Shown: positions 1-10,913 of the stretch, piece after piece
Numbering within the stretch: the first letter of the stretch is position 1
Layout: every line of letters starts with the position of its first letter
NCBI RefSeq assembly: GCF_006345805.1
Contig: NC_043001.1
Span: forward strand, 43,276,001-43,340,000
Length of the DNA: 64,000 nucleotides
Direction of reading: 5' to 3'
DNA from: Octopus sinensis
Taxonomy: Eukaryota
Position numbers and translations under genes: made by a program
Notes under the pieces: model-generated
The model's database searches: none
The model's input: only the letters and a program-made list of their open reading frames with translations
Told to the model about the DNA's origin: nothing

Positions 1-62
1 ACTAGGCTCGACGTTGCTTAACTTGCATGATCAGACGAGAACTGGTGCTTTCAACGTGATAT
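1..62 (-). pseudogene. 5S rRNA fragment (pseudogene or 5S-derived repeat), runs off the window edge
   Basis: Reverse complement ATATCACGTTGAAAGCACCAGTTCTCGTCTGATCATGCAAGTTAAGCAACGTCGAGCCTAGT matches about nt 11-72 of metazoan 5S rRNA. The first ~10 nt are replaced by AT-rich sequence and several CpG-type changes are present. Confidence 0.8.
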
Positions 63-550
63 ATATATTTATTTACATATCACATATTATTTCTTCAAAT
101 AACATATTTAAGCGCTTTCAACCACTACTGTAGTTTTTATATACAACCATCCAGCATTCTGAACGCCTTTTTCTTTGATATGTATTAAATCTGTACATCG
201 CTCCTAATACTTCTAATATATATTATACGACGGGTTTCTTTCAATTTCTGACTATTTTTATTTATTTTGTTTATTGCATTGATTTCTTACAAAGGCACAA
301 ATTCTCGAATTTGCGGACAGGGTATGTACATCGACCTCTAGGTACAAAATATACTGATCCAGGGAAAATGTAAAGCAAAGTTGATCTCGGCTGGATTGGA
401 ATTCCTTTTGAACTTTAATAACTGGAACTAAAGATCGTAAGATTCTAAATACCACCGCTCTAACGATTCTGCCAGTCCTGATTTCTGGCGTGTTCACAAT
501 AGTTACATTATTACAGTAAGAGCAATTGAAATGAACACTACTAGAATGCG

Positions 551-592
551 ATTGGCTAGTTTGGAATAAATAAACAACGTTGTCATCGCGAC
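551..592 (+). promoter_or_regulatory. Candidate TMEM218 proximal promoter: inverted CCAAT box, forkhead site, RFX X-box
   Basis: ATTGG 551-555, ATAAACA 570-576 and GTTGTCATCGCGAC 579-592 (one mismatch to a relaxed X-box consensus), ending 13 nt before the ATG of a ciliary gene. Confidence 0.5.
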
Positions 593-604
593 GGGAAACC
601 CACT

Positions 605-711
605 ATGGGGCTGATATTTGGTGTTGGTGTTGGTATCGTCCTTTTGGCTTCTATGTGGATCCTATCATTAACCGTTTGTGTATTTACCTCTTATTCTACT
701 GGAACAATCAG
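605..711 (+). CDS. TMEM218: TMEM218 coding exon 1 (ciliary transition-zone membrane protein)
   Basis: MGLIFGVGVGIVLLASMWILSLTVCVFTSYSTGTI(R) resembles the TMEM218 N-terminus (GVGAGVFILALLW...). Ends AG|GCAAGT, a phase-2 GC donor. Confidence 0.85.
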
Positions 712-1132
712 GCAAGTACGAATTTGAATATTTTATATATCCACATTCGCATAAATATATATATATAAATTGTTTGTCTTTTTGAAGTTTTAATTATAAT
801 CTGATAAAACTTAATCAAATTTAGGCATGTTTATTTTTACATTCTAATTTTTCCTTTAATTTCAAATCAAAATTTGAATATATTTAACGATAAAGTTTAT
901 CTACGAAACTTAAAATCCACAAGTTAAAATATGAAGTTTTTGTTAATGTACTTACGAAAAGCCCCTTTTAGCTAAATGCGTGGAATGTTTTTTTTTTAAG
1001 ATTGTGCTAGTAAAGTTTAAAGATTATCAAACAAGCAGATTTTACTCATATGAGAGAGTAAAGTCACGTGGAATTTTTTTAATTTAAGAAAAAGTATTTT
1101 GTTGGCAACAGACATTGAAATTAAGTGATGTC

Positions 1133-1184
1133 GACAATCACTCGCCTTTGGTATCAGACCTGATGCCAAAGGCGAGTGATTGTC
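1133..1184. mobile_element. 52-bp foldback mini-element with 8-bp direct flanks
   Basis: 25-bp arms with 1 mismatch and a 2-nt loop; GTGATGTC at 1125-1132 and 1185-1192. Confidence 0.75.
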
Positions 1185-1265
1185 GTGATGTCTGTAACTA
1201 CAAATTTAGACAGATTACTTTAATCGGATCTTTTCGGTGTCCAAATGCAATGTTCTCTCTTATGA

Positions 1266-1450
1266 AGGCGGCGAGCTAGCAGAAAAGCTAACGTGAGAAA
1301 AATGCTTAGCGGCATTTCTTCTGGCTCTTTTTGTTCTGAGCTCAAATTCCACCGAGGTTGACTGCCTTTCGGGGTCAATAAAATAAGTACCAGTTGAACA
1401 CTGGAGATCGATGTAATCGATTAACCCCTCCCTCTAAAATCGCTGACTCA
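1266..1450 (+). mobile_element. tRNA-derived SINE, family A
   Basis: GGCGGCGAGCT..GCAGAA head, GAGCTCAAATTCC B-box, CCTTTCGGGGTC..AATAAGTACCAG body; shared with at least 6 other copies in the window. Confidence 0.75.
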
Positions 1451-1559
1451 AATCTTGTAAGCATAAAAAAACCATAGATATTAGACACAAATAATAATAA
1501 TAATAATAAAAAAAAAAACATTGTGTACAGTGCTGAGGTGCACTACAACTCATCTAAAG

Positions 1560-2170
1560 TGTATGTATAATCAGATGTAGTTTCGGCGGATTTCGGAAAG
1601 CATGAGGGCCTTAAAGGATGCAGTGTCATGGCAGGCAACAACTGACGCCGGAGCTTCAGTGAATCCATGCCCAGGGAAACAAGGCGCTCAGAGTATGGTA
1701 GGTGTCTGCTGGAGGGTATGCGTTTGGTTGCACGTCTCTGAACAGATTCCAGGAGGTCAATGTTCTGAGCAAGATAGGGGTTCCAAATTGATGATGCAAA
1801 TCCCAAGTGTGGTCGTACCATAGCTGTATACAGCTTTAAATAGATGGCTGGAGAGCGGCTAACAAAAGTCTTGCTGAGTGATGCCAAGACACCCTCGGCC
1901 TTCTTGACAATTTTAGAGATATGCTTTGTCCAACGCAAATCACTGCTGACAGTGATGCCTAGGTCACGCTCGCAAGAGGATTTCTTGATATCAGTGTTGT
2001 GGAGGGAGTATGTGGACGCAGGTTTTTTTCTCCCAAAATGCATGGTGGTACACTTGTCCACAGCCAGTTTCAGTTGCCAGTCTGTGATCTATTGCTGCAT
2101 TGTGTCCAGCTCTGATTGCAGGAAAGAGCTGTAGACAACAGGATCTGTCCTCTTGATTTCAAGGTACTCC
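1560..2170 (-). mobile_element. CR1-type LINE, reverse transcriptase C-terminal fragment
   Basis: KCTTMHFG...ERDLGITVSSDLRW..HI...LYTAMVRPHL.FASSIWNPY...LESVQRRATK motifs. Confidence 0.9.
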
Positions 2171-2264
2171 TAAAATTTCAACTTCTTAGGAGTTAGTAAA
2201 ACCCCTTAATAGGGTCTAACCCCCCCAAATTTAGTCATTTTTCCTAAGCCAAGACAAATACAAT

Positions 2265-2452
2265 TGTAGTGGCACGTAAAAAGCACCCACTACACTCTTG
2301 GAGGGGTTGGCGTTAGGAAGGGCATCCAGCTGTAGAAACTCTGCCAGATCAAGATTGGAGCCTGGTGCAGCCATCTGGTTCGCCAGCCCTCAGTCAGAAT
2401 CGTCCAACCCATGCTAGCATGGAAAGCGGACATTAAACGATGATGATGATGA
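2265..2452 (+). mobile_element. RTE-LINE 3' tail (family C) ending in (GAT)n
   Basis: GTTGGCGTTAGGAAGGGCATCCAGCTGTAGAAAC...CATGCTAGCATGGAAAGCGGACATTAAACGATGATGATG, the same terminus as the ORF-bearing copy at 37410-39590. Confidence 0.85.
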
Positions 2453-2644
2453 TATATATACGGATATATATACATACATGTATATATGTATGTGTGTACT
2501 ATATATACACACAGAAAGATAGATTGATAGATACAGTTGAGTGGGCAAACAAAAATATGAAGAAATTTTTGTCGAATGAATTGACCCCAGTGCCTTTTTC
2601 TTATTTTGATAAACCTGGTACGTATTCTATTGGTCTCTTCTTGT

Positions 2645-2675
<31 letters not shown>

Positions 2676-2905
2676 AGATGTGCAGATATATACATATATA
2701 TATACATAATATGTATGTATATATATATATACATATACATACATATATGTATATGAATGTATTTATGTATGTGTATATATATGTATAAATATGTATGCAT
2801 GTATATGTGTGTACATATTACATATACATACATATATAGATATATAAAACTCTATATATACATGTATATATATCCATATATACATCTATGCATATACATG
2901 TATAC
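2453..2905. repeat. Compound (TA)n/(TATG)n/(GATA)n low-complexity tract with a short SINE remnant
   Basis: Seen directly. Confidence 0.85.
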
Positions 2906-3075
2906 TATTGGCATCTTAGGCAAGTGTCTTCTGCTATAGCCTCAGGCCGACCAATGCCTTGTGAGTGGATTTGGTAGACGGAAACTGAAAGAAGCCTGTC
3001 GCATGGTTGTATAGTTCTCATGTTTTAGGGACTCACACAAATAGACAGACAAACATTCTCATCTTTATATATATA

Positions 3076-5200
3076 CTAGCTGGCATACCCAGCATTGCCA
3101 GGGCCTGTTTGTTAAGTATGCCTGGTCAGTGTAGTCTCCCACGAAGTAGAGCTGAAGAAACTGGGGCGAGGCAGCATCATGCGGCTGTAGGGAACCAATT
3201 CTATGGTAAATCTGCCCCTGTACTTTAAAGGAAGGCATGAAATGCCCATCTTGTATGATGTTGGCACCAAAGGAAGTCACTTGGAATGCACAGTTGTAGG
3301 CACATATCCGCTTGAGAAATTCATGAGAATAAGGAGACGCCCCTGTCAAAAGATCAGTCAAAGTGGGTGGAGAATCAGTCAATGTGGGTGGAGAAGAGGT
3401 ACTGTAATCATACCATTGGAACAGCACATGCTGTGAGTTTCTCCAGGCCACTTTTTAGCTCCGCAAAATTGGCAGATTGAGGACATGCAGCCTATTTGAA
3501 TGTCAGGGTGATTACTGTAGTCAATTGTAGGATCATAGTTGAATGCTGTCATTGACCAATGCAAGGTGCATGGCCTTGAGTAGGAATGTCATGCAGTCGT
3601 TGTTGTCTTTCCTCCTGTAGTCTCCATGCAGCAGCAGTTGAAGAAGCATTTCTTCTAAGTCGATCTGCACATTGTGCTGCACTCTCTGCAGTACACACAA
3701 CAGCAGTTGAAGAAGCATCTCTTGTAAGTCGATCTGTGCATTGTGCTGCAGTCTCAGCAGTTTGTGCAGCAGCAGTTGAAGAAGCATCTCTTGTAAGTCG
3801 ATCTGCACATTGTGCTGCAGTCTCTGAAGTACACACAACAGCAGTTGAAGAAGCATCTCTTGTAAGTCAATCTGCACATTGTGCTGCAGTCTATGCAGTA
3901 CACACAACAGCAGTTGAAGAAGCATCTCTTGTAAGTCGATCTGCACACTGTGCTACAGTCTCTGCAGCTCATGCAGCAGCAGTTGAGGAAGCATCTCTTG
4001 TAAGTCAATCTGCACATTGTGCTGCAGTCTATGCAGTACACACAACAGCAGTTGAAGAAGCATCTCTTGTAAGTCGATCTGCATGTTGTGCTGCAGTTTC
4101 TGCAGTACACACAACAGCAGTTGAGGAAGCATCTCTTGTAAGTCGATCTATGCATTGTGCTGCAGTCTTTGCTGCTTGTGCAGCAGCAGTTGAGGAAGCA
4201 TCTCTTGTAAGTCAATCTGCACATTGTGCTGCAGTCTCTGAAGTACACACAACAGCAGTTGAAGAAGCATCTCTTGTAAGTCGATCTGCACACTGTGCTA
4301 CAGTCTCTGCAGCTCATGCAGCAGCAGTTGAGGAAGCATCTCTTGTAAGTCAATCTGGACATTGTGCTGCAGTCTATGCAGTACACACAACAGCAGTTGA
4401 AGAAGCATCTCTTGTAAGTCGATCTGCACACTGTGCTACAGTCTCTGCAGCTCATGCAGCAGCAGTTGGGGAAGCATCTCTTGTAAGTCAATCTGCACAT
4501 TGTGCTGCAGTCTATGCAGTACACACACAGCAGTTGAAGAAGCATCTCTTGTAAGTCGATCTGCACACTGTGCTACAGTCTCTGCAGCTCATGCAGCAGC
4601 AGTTGAGGAAGCATCTCTTGTAAGTCAATCTGGACATTGTGCTGCAGTCTATGCAGTACACACAACAGCAGTTGAAGAAGCATCTCTTGTAAGTCGATCT
4701 GCACACTGTGCTACAGTCTCTGCAGCTCATGCAGCAGCAGTTGGGGAAGCATCTCTTGTAAGTCAATCTGCACATTGTGCTGCAGTCTATGCAGTACACA
4801 CAACAGCAGTTGAAGAAGCATCTCTTGTAAGTCGATCTGCATGTTGTGCTGCAGTTTCTGCAGTACACACAATAGCAGTTGAGGAAGCATCTCTTGTAAG
4901 TCGATCTGTGCATTGTGCTGCAGTCTCTGCTGCTTGTGCAGCAGCAGTTGAGGAAGCATCTCTTGTAAGTCAATCTGCACGTTGTGCTGCAGTCTCTGCA
5001 GCTCGTGCAATAGCAGTTGAGGAAGCATCTCTTGTAAGTTGAACTTGCATTGTACTGCAGTCTCTCCAGCTCATACAGCAGCTGTTGAAGAAGCATTTCA
5101 TGTTCAGCGTGCTGAACATTACTTGTTGCTCTGAGCAGCTCGTTGCGCACCAGTATGTGCTAACCGGTCATAACACTGCTCTTCCCTTTCCCTTCTTCAT
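3076..5200 (-). mobile_element. Internally deleted Helitron (N-terminal coding region joined to the 3' terminus)
   Basis: Minus-strand translation AFNYDP..IG.M...CQFCGAKKWPGET..MCCSNG and YNCAFQVTSFG...FKVQGQIYHRIGSL...PQFLQLYF are Helitron N-terminal motifs. The 3' end is a hairpin (3088-3103) plus CTAG|T at 3079-3075. The 5' end was not located. Confidence 0.85.
3600..5100 (-). repeat. 69-bp tandem array (~21-22 units) encoding 23-aa STPR-like repeats
   Basis: GAAGCATCT recurs at 3712, 3781, 3850 and onward (period 69). The minus frame reads ETAAQ(R/C)ADRLTRDASSTAAA(R/*)AA. Confidence 0.9.
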
Positions 5201-5664
5201 GCTGAAGCTATCCTAAGTGCATTGAGAGACACGCATATCAATAAATCTTCTCTTAATCATTCTACGCGGTTATGTCTCCTTTCTCCCTCTGGCAAATACA
5301 TATATCATTCAAATTATATATTTATTGTATTAACCATGCATTGTACTAAAGAACCATTCTCGTCACCTCGCATCTCACAGTCCCTACATTCCTTTGAGAT
5401 AGTTTTTAGAATATTATTCGTTTCTGAGGATTTTAACACAGAGCAACCATCAGTGAATTCTATCTCTCTATAATACCTATTTTACAGCTCTGACATACTG
5501 AACCATTGAAAATAAATCTTTGTCCCAAATATTTACATCACCCTAGTTATAAGCTGTGACATCAAGCCTTCTGCCAGCTGCTACTCAAATTATGTAATTT
5601 TCAATATGAATCACTATATATACTGTATATGTTAAAAATGTTTTTTTTCTTTATTATATTCTAG

Positions 5665-5767
5665 ATATCTTGGAACCATTTTAATTTTACTGAGTACCTT
5701 ACTAACAATAGTTTTTATTGTCATTCCAAGAAAACCAAGGTATCCAGTACCTATTGATGACAGTCTG
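5665..5767 (+). CDS. TMEM218: TMEM218 coding exon 2
   Basis: ctag|A acceptor; (R)YLGTILILLSTLLTIVFIVIPRKPRYPVPIDDSL, a TM helix followed by the PR motif; CTG|gtaaaa donor, phase 0. Confidence 0.85.
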
Positions 5768-5911
5768 GTAAAATCCTTTAAACTATTTTTCTTTAAACTA
5801 CTGTTAAACTACACTTGAAATTTGTTCATATCAGTAAATATTGTTGAAGAAGTTTGTTTCATTTTCAATAAGCTAATAAAATTTCACTTCACTAATTAAG
5901 TAATCAAGTTA

Positions 5912-6420
5912 TCATCATCATTTAACGTTTGTTTTCCATGCTGGCACATGCTGGAGGGTTTGGCCAGAGCTGGTAAGAACAAGGCTGCACCAGGTTCCAT
6001 TGTCTGTTCTGGCATGGCTTCTATGGCTGGATGCCCTTCTTAATGCCAACCACTCCACAGAATGTACTGGGTACTTTTTATGTGGTGCCAGCACCTGTAT
6101 CAATCCTGCTGTGGTGGACAGGTCTTAAGTACAGCAATGTGCTGGTATCTTGGTTCTTAGTCATCTCCTTCATAAGGCTCAGTGTCTTCAGATCAGCTTT
6201 CAATACTTTGTTCCATGTCTTCCTGGGTCTCCTTATCCACATGTTTCATCCACTTTAAATAATCAGCACTTCTGTATGCAACTGTCTACATCCATATGCA
6301 TTACATAACCAAATCAGCACTGTCAGTTTAGATGCATGCTGCATCTAATTCTTATGCTCAATTTTTCCCTTAAAACACTAGCACTCTGTTGTACATGTAC
6401 ACTGACTTTGCACATCCAGT
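5912..6420 (-). mobile_element. Degenerate RTE-LINE 3' fragment (family C)
   Basis: CATCATCATTTAACG..TTCCATGCTGGC tail plus decayed ORF end. Confidence 0.75.
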
Positions 6421-6881
6421 AAATGCATTAAAGTGTAGTATCCCCTAGCTTTTGTAGGGTTGAAGTACTTTCTAATGTAGTTTACATCAATGCCAAGTAT
6501 ATGAAGTTTTTTAAGATGAAAACATTGAGAACAGCAATACATAGATACATGTAGAGAATAGGATTTTTAAAGTTGAAAGCTGTCTGTAAGGAACATAAAT
6601 AGGAGACAGATCAGTGGCAGGGAGTGAGTGGGGGTGGTTTCAATGATGCTAGTAATAGTTCTATACTTCTACTATTGCCACAACCATGGTGTTTTAGACT
6701 AATGGGAATGAAATTATTTTAGAAGTTTAAATTATCATATGTTAGTGTGATGCAATTTTGTTAATTCCTGTCAACCTTTTGCAATTTATAGTTTTATGCC
6801 TGGTAGGTTTGTGACAAACTAACTACGTTAACCATTTTTGAATTCATATTATATGTACTTATTTATTCATTTATTTTACAG

Positions 6882-7025
6882 ATATATGAATATCAGGAGA
6901 GTCATCTGGTACTACTTTTGGTCTTCTGCTGTATTTCAGCCTTTATAGGTTTTGTGTTTTATTTTGTTCACCATATCATGCAGCCCATACATACAATGCC
7001 TATGACAAAGTCGAGTTTATCATGA
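6882..7025 (+). CDS. TMEM218: TMEM218 coding exon 3 (terminal)
   Basis: tttacag| acceptor; IYEYQESHLVLLLVFCCISAFIGFVFYFVHHIMQPIHTMPMTKSSLS*, resembling the HYVLEPIYAKP C-terminus; AATAAA at 7123-7128; total 117 aa. Confidence 0.85.
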   Translation: MYEYQESHLVLLLVFCCISAFIGFVFYFVHHIMQPIHTMPMTKSSLS

Positions 7026-7599
7026 AATTAATCTTCAAAACAAAAAGGAAATTACCTCTTTTTTTTTTCTGTAATTCACAATAGGATAGCAAATTCTCAC
7101 CATTCTAAGGTTATATTTTTTTAATAAATCAATGAAAATAAAATGTTTTGATTATTTATTTTATTTGAACTGTAAATCATAATTTTTTGGTATCAAACAA
7201 TAAAATGCAAATGCATCCTTCTTTTGTAATAAGTTTTATAAACTGAGTTTGAGCCTGCTGTTTTTTCTTTTTTTTTTTCTAATTTAAAAATTGTTGGCTT
7301 TCTGTTTTAAAGTGATATCTTTCTTTGACTTGGGTATTTAGATTTTCTGAGTGCTCTCACAAGATTATTATTGCAAATAGGATAGTCTGAAGTTTAGAAT
7401 AAGCAAGCTGAGTCTTTTTGATGTTAGCCTCATGAGAAAAGTAAAGCTGTAGAATACACAAAGTTCTGACAATTCCTCTTTGAAAGATGGGTAAGTTAAA
7501 TAATTTAAGTAAGTAGCACTTTATGTTATATACCCACAGTTTTACAGCTTCAGATAAATAACTATGCTTGGTTTGTAGGAAAGAAGACAATGGAACTCA

Positions 7600-7750
7600 A
7601 TCATCATCATCATCGTTTAACGTCCGTTCTCCATGCTAGCATGGGTTGGACGGTTCGACCGGGGTTCTGGGAGCCAGAAGGCTGCACCAGGCTCCAGTCT
7701 AATCTGGCAATGTTTCTACAGCTGGATGCCCTTCCTAACGCCAACCACTG
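7600..7750 (-). mobile_element. RTE-LINE 3' tail (family C)
   Basis: (CAT)n CGTTTAACGTCCG..CCATGCTAGCATGGG..GGATGCCCTTCCTAACGCCAACCAC. Confidence 0.85.
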
Positions 7751-8249
7751 CTGATAATATATCAAATAAAATTTCAGTTGAAGTAAAGATATGGGCAAAT
7801 GCAACAACTAAACACAAAATGTGGAATACATCAATGGTACTTGGAAGAGTGCTGTTCCTTTTTTTTTTTTTGCTTTGTACCAGGTCAGCTAGTTATGTCT
7901 GTTTGTTATATCTTTTACTTCTTTTAGTCATTGGACTGCAGCCATACTGGGATACCACCTCAAAGAGTTTTTTATTTGAACAAATCAACCTTAGTTACAG
8001 TGTAAGTCTGAAGGAGATTGCTGATACTGAAGTTGTCTCCATGCTACTACACAGAGAGAGTTTTAGTTGGGAAATGGAACTATCTTTATGGAAGTATATG
8101 TGGAAGGGGTGTTTAACATCCAGGTTGTTAGTTTATAGCCTAATGAAAAAATGGTGGTAGGATGTCTACAGATTTATTAATTCATATATTCTGGTATTTT
8201 TTGACATTTTTGTTTCACTCAGTTACTCATGTATTATCAAAAATATATT

Positions 8250-8462
8250 TAACCCTTTAGCTTTCAGATTACTCTATCAAATGTAATGCTTATATATTCA
8301 CATTGATTTGAATTAATTATGCATTATCTCCTAGCTTTGAGATTTTGATGATATGATTGCTTATTTTTACAATGATATTGATAGGTGTGAGAGGCCAGAT
8401 CTGGTCGGTTTGAACATAAAATAGGAAGAAAATTTTAGGCTGGATATGGTCAGTTTAAATGA
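8250..8462 (+). mobile_element. piggyBac-like MITE (TTAA-CCCTTTAG family), partial
   Basis: TTAACCCTTTAGC start; homologous to 10688-10913 and 54700-54902. Confidence 0.65.
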
Positions 8463-8647
8463 GCTTGAAAATACATATTCTCAGAACTACATTTAAATGA
8501 ATAAAAATTTTCAATTAGAACTGAAGAATATAAAGAATTTGACACCTCATGAAAGACCAAGGGAGAGATATAATTGGCCAGAGTTTTATTGAAACATCAT
8601 GAATGAGAAGACAGAAAGATTCTGAAGTAAATGAATACATTTAATTC

Positions 8648-8970
8648 TGGCACTCTGTTGTCACAACAACAAGGCTTCCAGTTGATCCAACCAATGGAAA
8701 AGCCTGCTCTTGAAATTAACATGCAAGTAGCTGAGCACTCCGCAAACATGTGCACCCTTAATGTAGTTCTCATGGAGATTCGACATGACACAGAATGTGA
8801 CAAGGCTGGCCCTTTGAAATATAGGTACAACTCATTTTTGCTAGCTGAGTGGACTAGAACAACGTGAAATAAAGTGTCTTGCTTGAGGACACAATGCATC
8901 CCTGGGAATTGAACACATGGCCTTATGATCGTGAGCTGAATACCCTAACCGCTAAGCCATACACCTTCAC
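8648..8970 (-). mobile_element. tRNA-derived SINE with CORE-like centre (family D variant)
   Basis: Minus strand has A box TGGCTTAGCGG, B box GTTCAATTCC and CORE-like GTGTCCTCAAGCAAGACACTT; 3' half shared with 58333-58717. Confidence 0.75.
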
Positions 8971-9661
8971 TGTTGAGTTATTCTTTCAATAAAAAATAAG
9001 TTGTCACAATGGATGACAAACAGCATACTCGAAGAAACAGCATAAAATTATGGAAGTTCAACACATAACATAAAAAAATTAGAATGAGATGAGAAAATTT
9101 AGTGAAATCAAATACAATTTATGTCCAGAGTATGGAAAAAGTTAATATGAATACAAATGTTCAGATATTGTCAGAGTTCAAGTGTTCACCCAAATTATCT
9201 ATGATGAAATGTTTCAATCAGTTATTCAATATGATTGTGTCTGTATGAAAACTTTTCACAGAATGTGTTTTGGTTAGGCTCTGTATGGTTTCAGAACACA
9301 AAGGATGCAACTAAAGAACCACAAAATCAAATATTGTGAAGTAGCTATGCAAAATTATGACTCTTTACAACTGTAATTGAGAAAGAGTACAAGGGGAAAT
9401 GAAGATAAATGTCTGAGAGAAAAGTTTTTACATCACAAGGCAATTTCTGTTGGTTGATCAGAAACCAACTTTTTTTTAAAGTGAGACAATGGGAAATAAC
9501 GCATCAACAGTCATCAGTTGGTTAAAATTAGAACCAAAGGCCAGTTTTTACATGAGTGGGTGAATGGAAAAGAAAAAACAAAACATGCAATATGTTAATG
9601 ATGTGAAATTAAACTGAAAAAACACATAATAAAATGATAGTGCAAAGTGTATCAAAAGCAA

Positions 9662-10604
9662 TGTAGAATGACCGTGCGAAAGGAGAGGTGACAAATGGAT
9701 GACTCCTTTAATACACCGCACGGTCGCTTTACAATAAAAGCAAAAATGGATAAATGAGTATGAGTGCCAAAAGGAAAAGAAAGACGACACAACCGTAGAA
9801 TGTTAAGAGAAAGGTTTTATTTAGGTATTAGCAGAGTGTGCGACATAAGTTACATATATAATAAGAACAATAATAATAGACAGGCTGTCATGCATACATA
9901 ATGTGTATGTGTGTGAGATAAAATACAGAGCATAGAAAGAGTCTATAACAGGACGCTAGAAGTTCAGACACAATGAAAATAAATACCAGTTCGTAGTAAG
10001 GTACACAATAGTTGAAGTGCTGTAACAAGAAGTTGTGGCTACTATGCTGTGCCAGTTACTTGATAAGGAAGATCTCGCAGGTTGAGCTTGCTGTTAACCA
10101 CAGTGAAGTAATTCACAAACAGTGAGGAGTTAAACCTGAGTGAATGTTGCTGTATACATAGAGAGATGTTTGTGGTGTCGATAAGATGAAGGTGATGGTG
10201 ATGGAGGTCCTGAATGCTGCTAGCTGAAGTGTTGATGTTTCTCCATGTTGTTGCTTGTGTAGTCGCTGGAACTGGCTGTGTGCTCTGTGGTCAGTGGTTA
10301 GATCTTAGAAGGTCTAGAACCAAAGACGAAATACAGTTTGTTGATCTAGCTTTTTATAGTAACTAGGAGGCTCCAACGGAGAATTTAGAAGACTGTGTCA
10401 TGGGACCTTATCAGAAGGCTGCAATTGGTTGGGTTGCACATTGGCGCATAATAGAGCAAGAGACAAATTGCACCAATACCAACCAATCAGCGTAGTGGAC
10501 ACAACAGGGTCCAAACAGACGAAGGCTAGCTGTTATCTGCTACGCCTATATTTATGTTATATATAACAGAGAGAGAGAGAGAATTTCTCTAAGCGTCCGC
10601 TACA
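9662..10604 (-). mobile_element. Solo LTR (Gypsy-like)
   Basis: TGTAG...CTACA inverted termini; 4-bp TSD GCAA (9658-9661 and 10605-10608); minus-strand TATAAAA near 10355 and AATAAA near 9817. Confidence 0.7.
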
Positions 10605-10687
10605 GCAATTGTACAGAGGATGAAAGAATTGAATATAATCTGATGGGGTTCCTTTGGTAGACTTGTCAGAAGCATTTTAGTTTGAGT

Positions 10688-10913
10688 AACCCTTTAGCAT
10701 TCAGATTACTCTGTCAAATGTAATGCCTATTTATTCATATTGTTTTGAATTAATCAGACATTATTTCATAGCTTTGAAATTTTAATGATATGATTGTTTA
10801 TTTTTACAATGACATTGTAGAATAGGTGTGAGAGGTTGGATCTGGTCAGTTTGAATATAAGACAGGTGGACTATTTGGGCCAGATATGGCCAGTTTAATT
10901 GCTAAAAGGTTAA
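10688..10913 (+). mobile_element. piggyBac-like MITE
   Basis: TAACCCTTTAGCA...TGCTAAAAGGTTAA terminal inverted repeats. Confidence 0.7.

Noticed and set aside
258-497. 79-aa minus-strand ORF
   Set aside because: It overlaps a degenerate SINE A remnant and shows no recognisable protein similarity.
3586-5042. 322-aa and 180-aa plus-strand Ala-rich ORFs, and Cys-rich or Leu/Gln-rich minus-strand ORFs
   Set aside because: These are shadow frames of the 69-bp array. The ancestral reading frame is the minus-strand STPR-like one leading into Helitron motifs.
3600-5100. CRISPR-like appearance (constant block plus variable block)
   Set aside because: The variable parts are near-identical variants rather than unique spacers, the context is a eukaryotic intron, and there are no cas genes.
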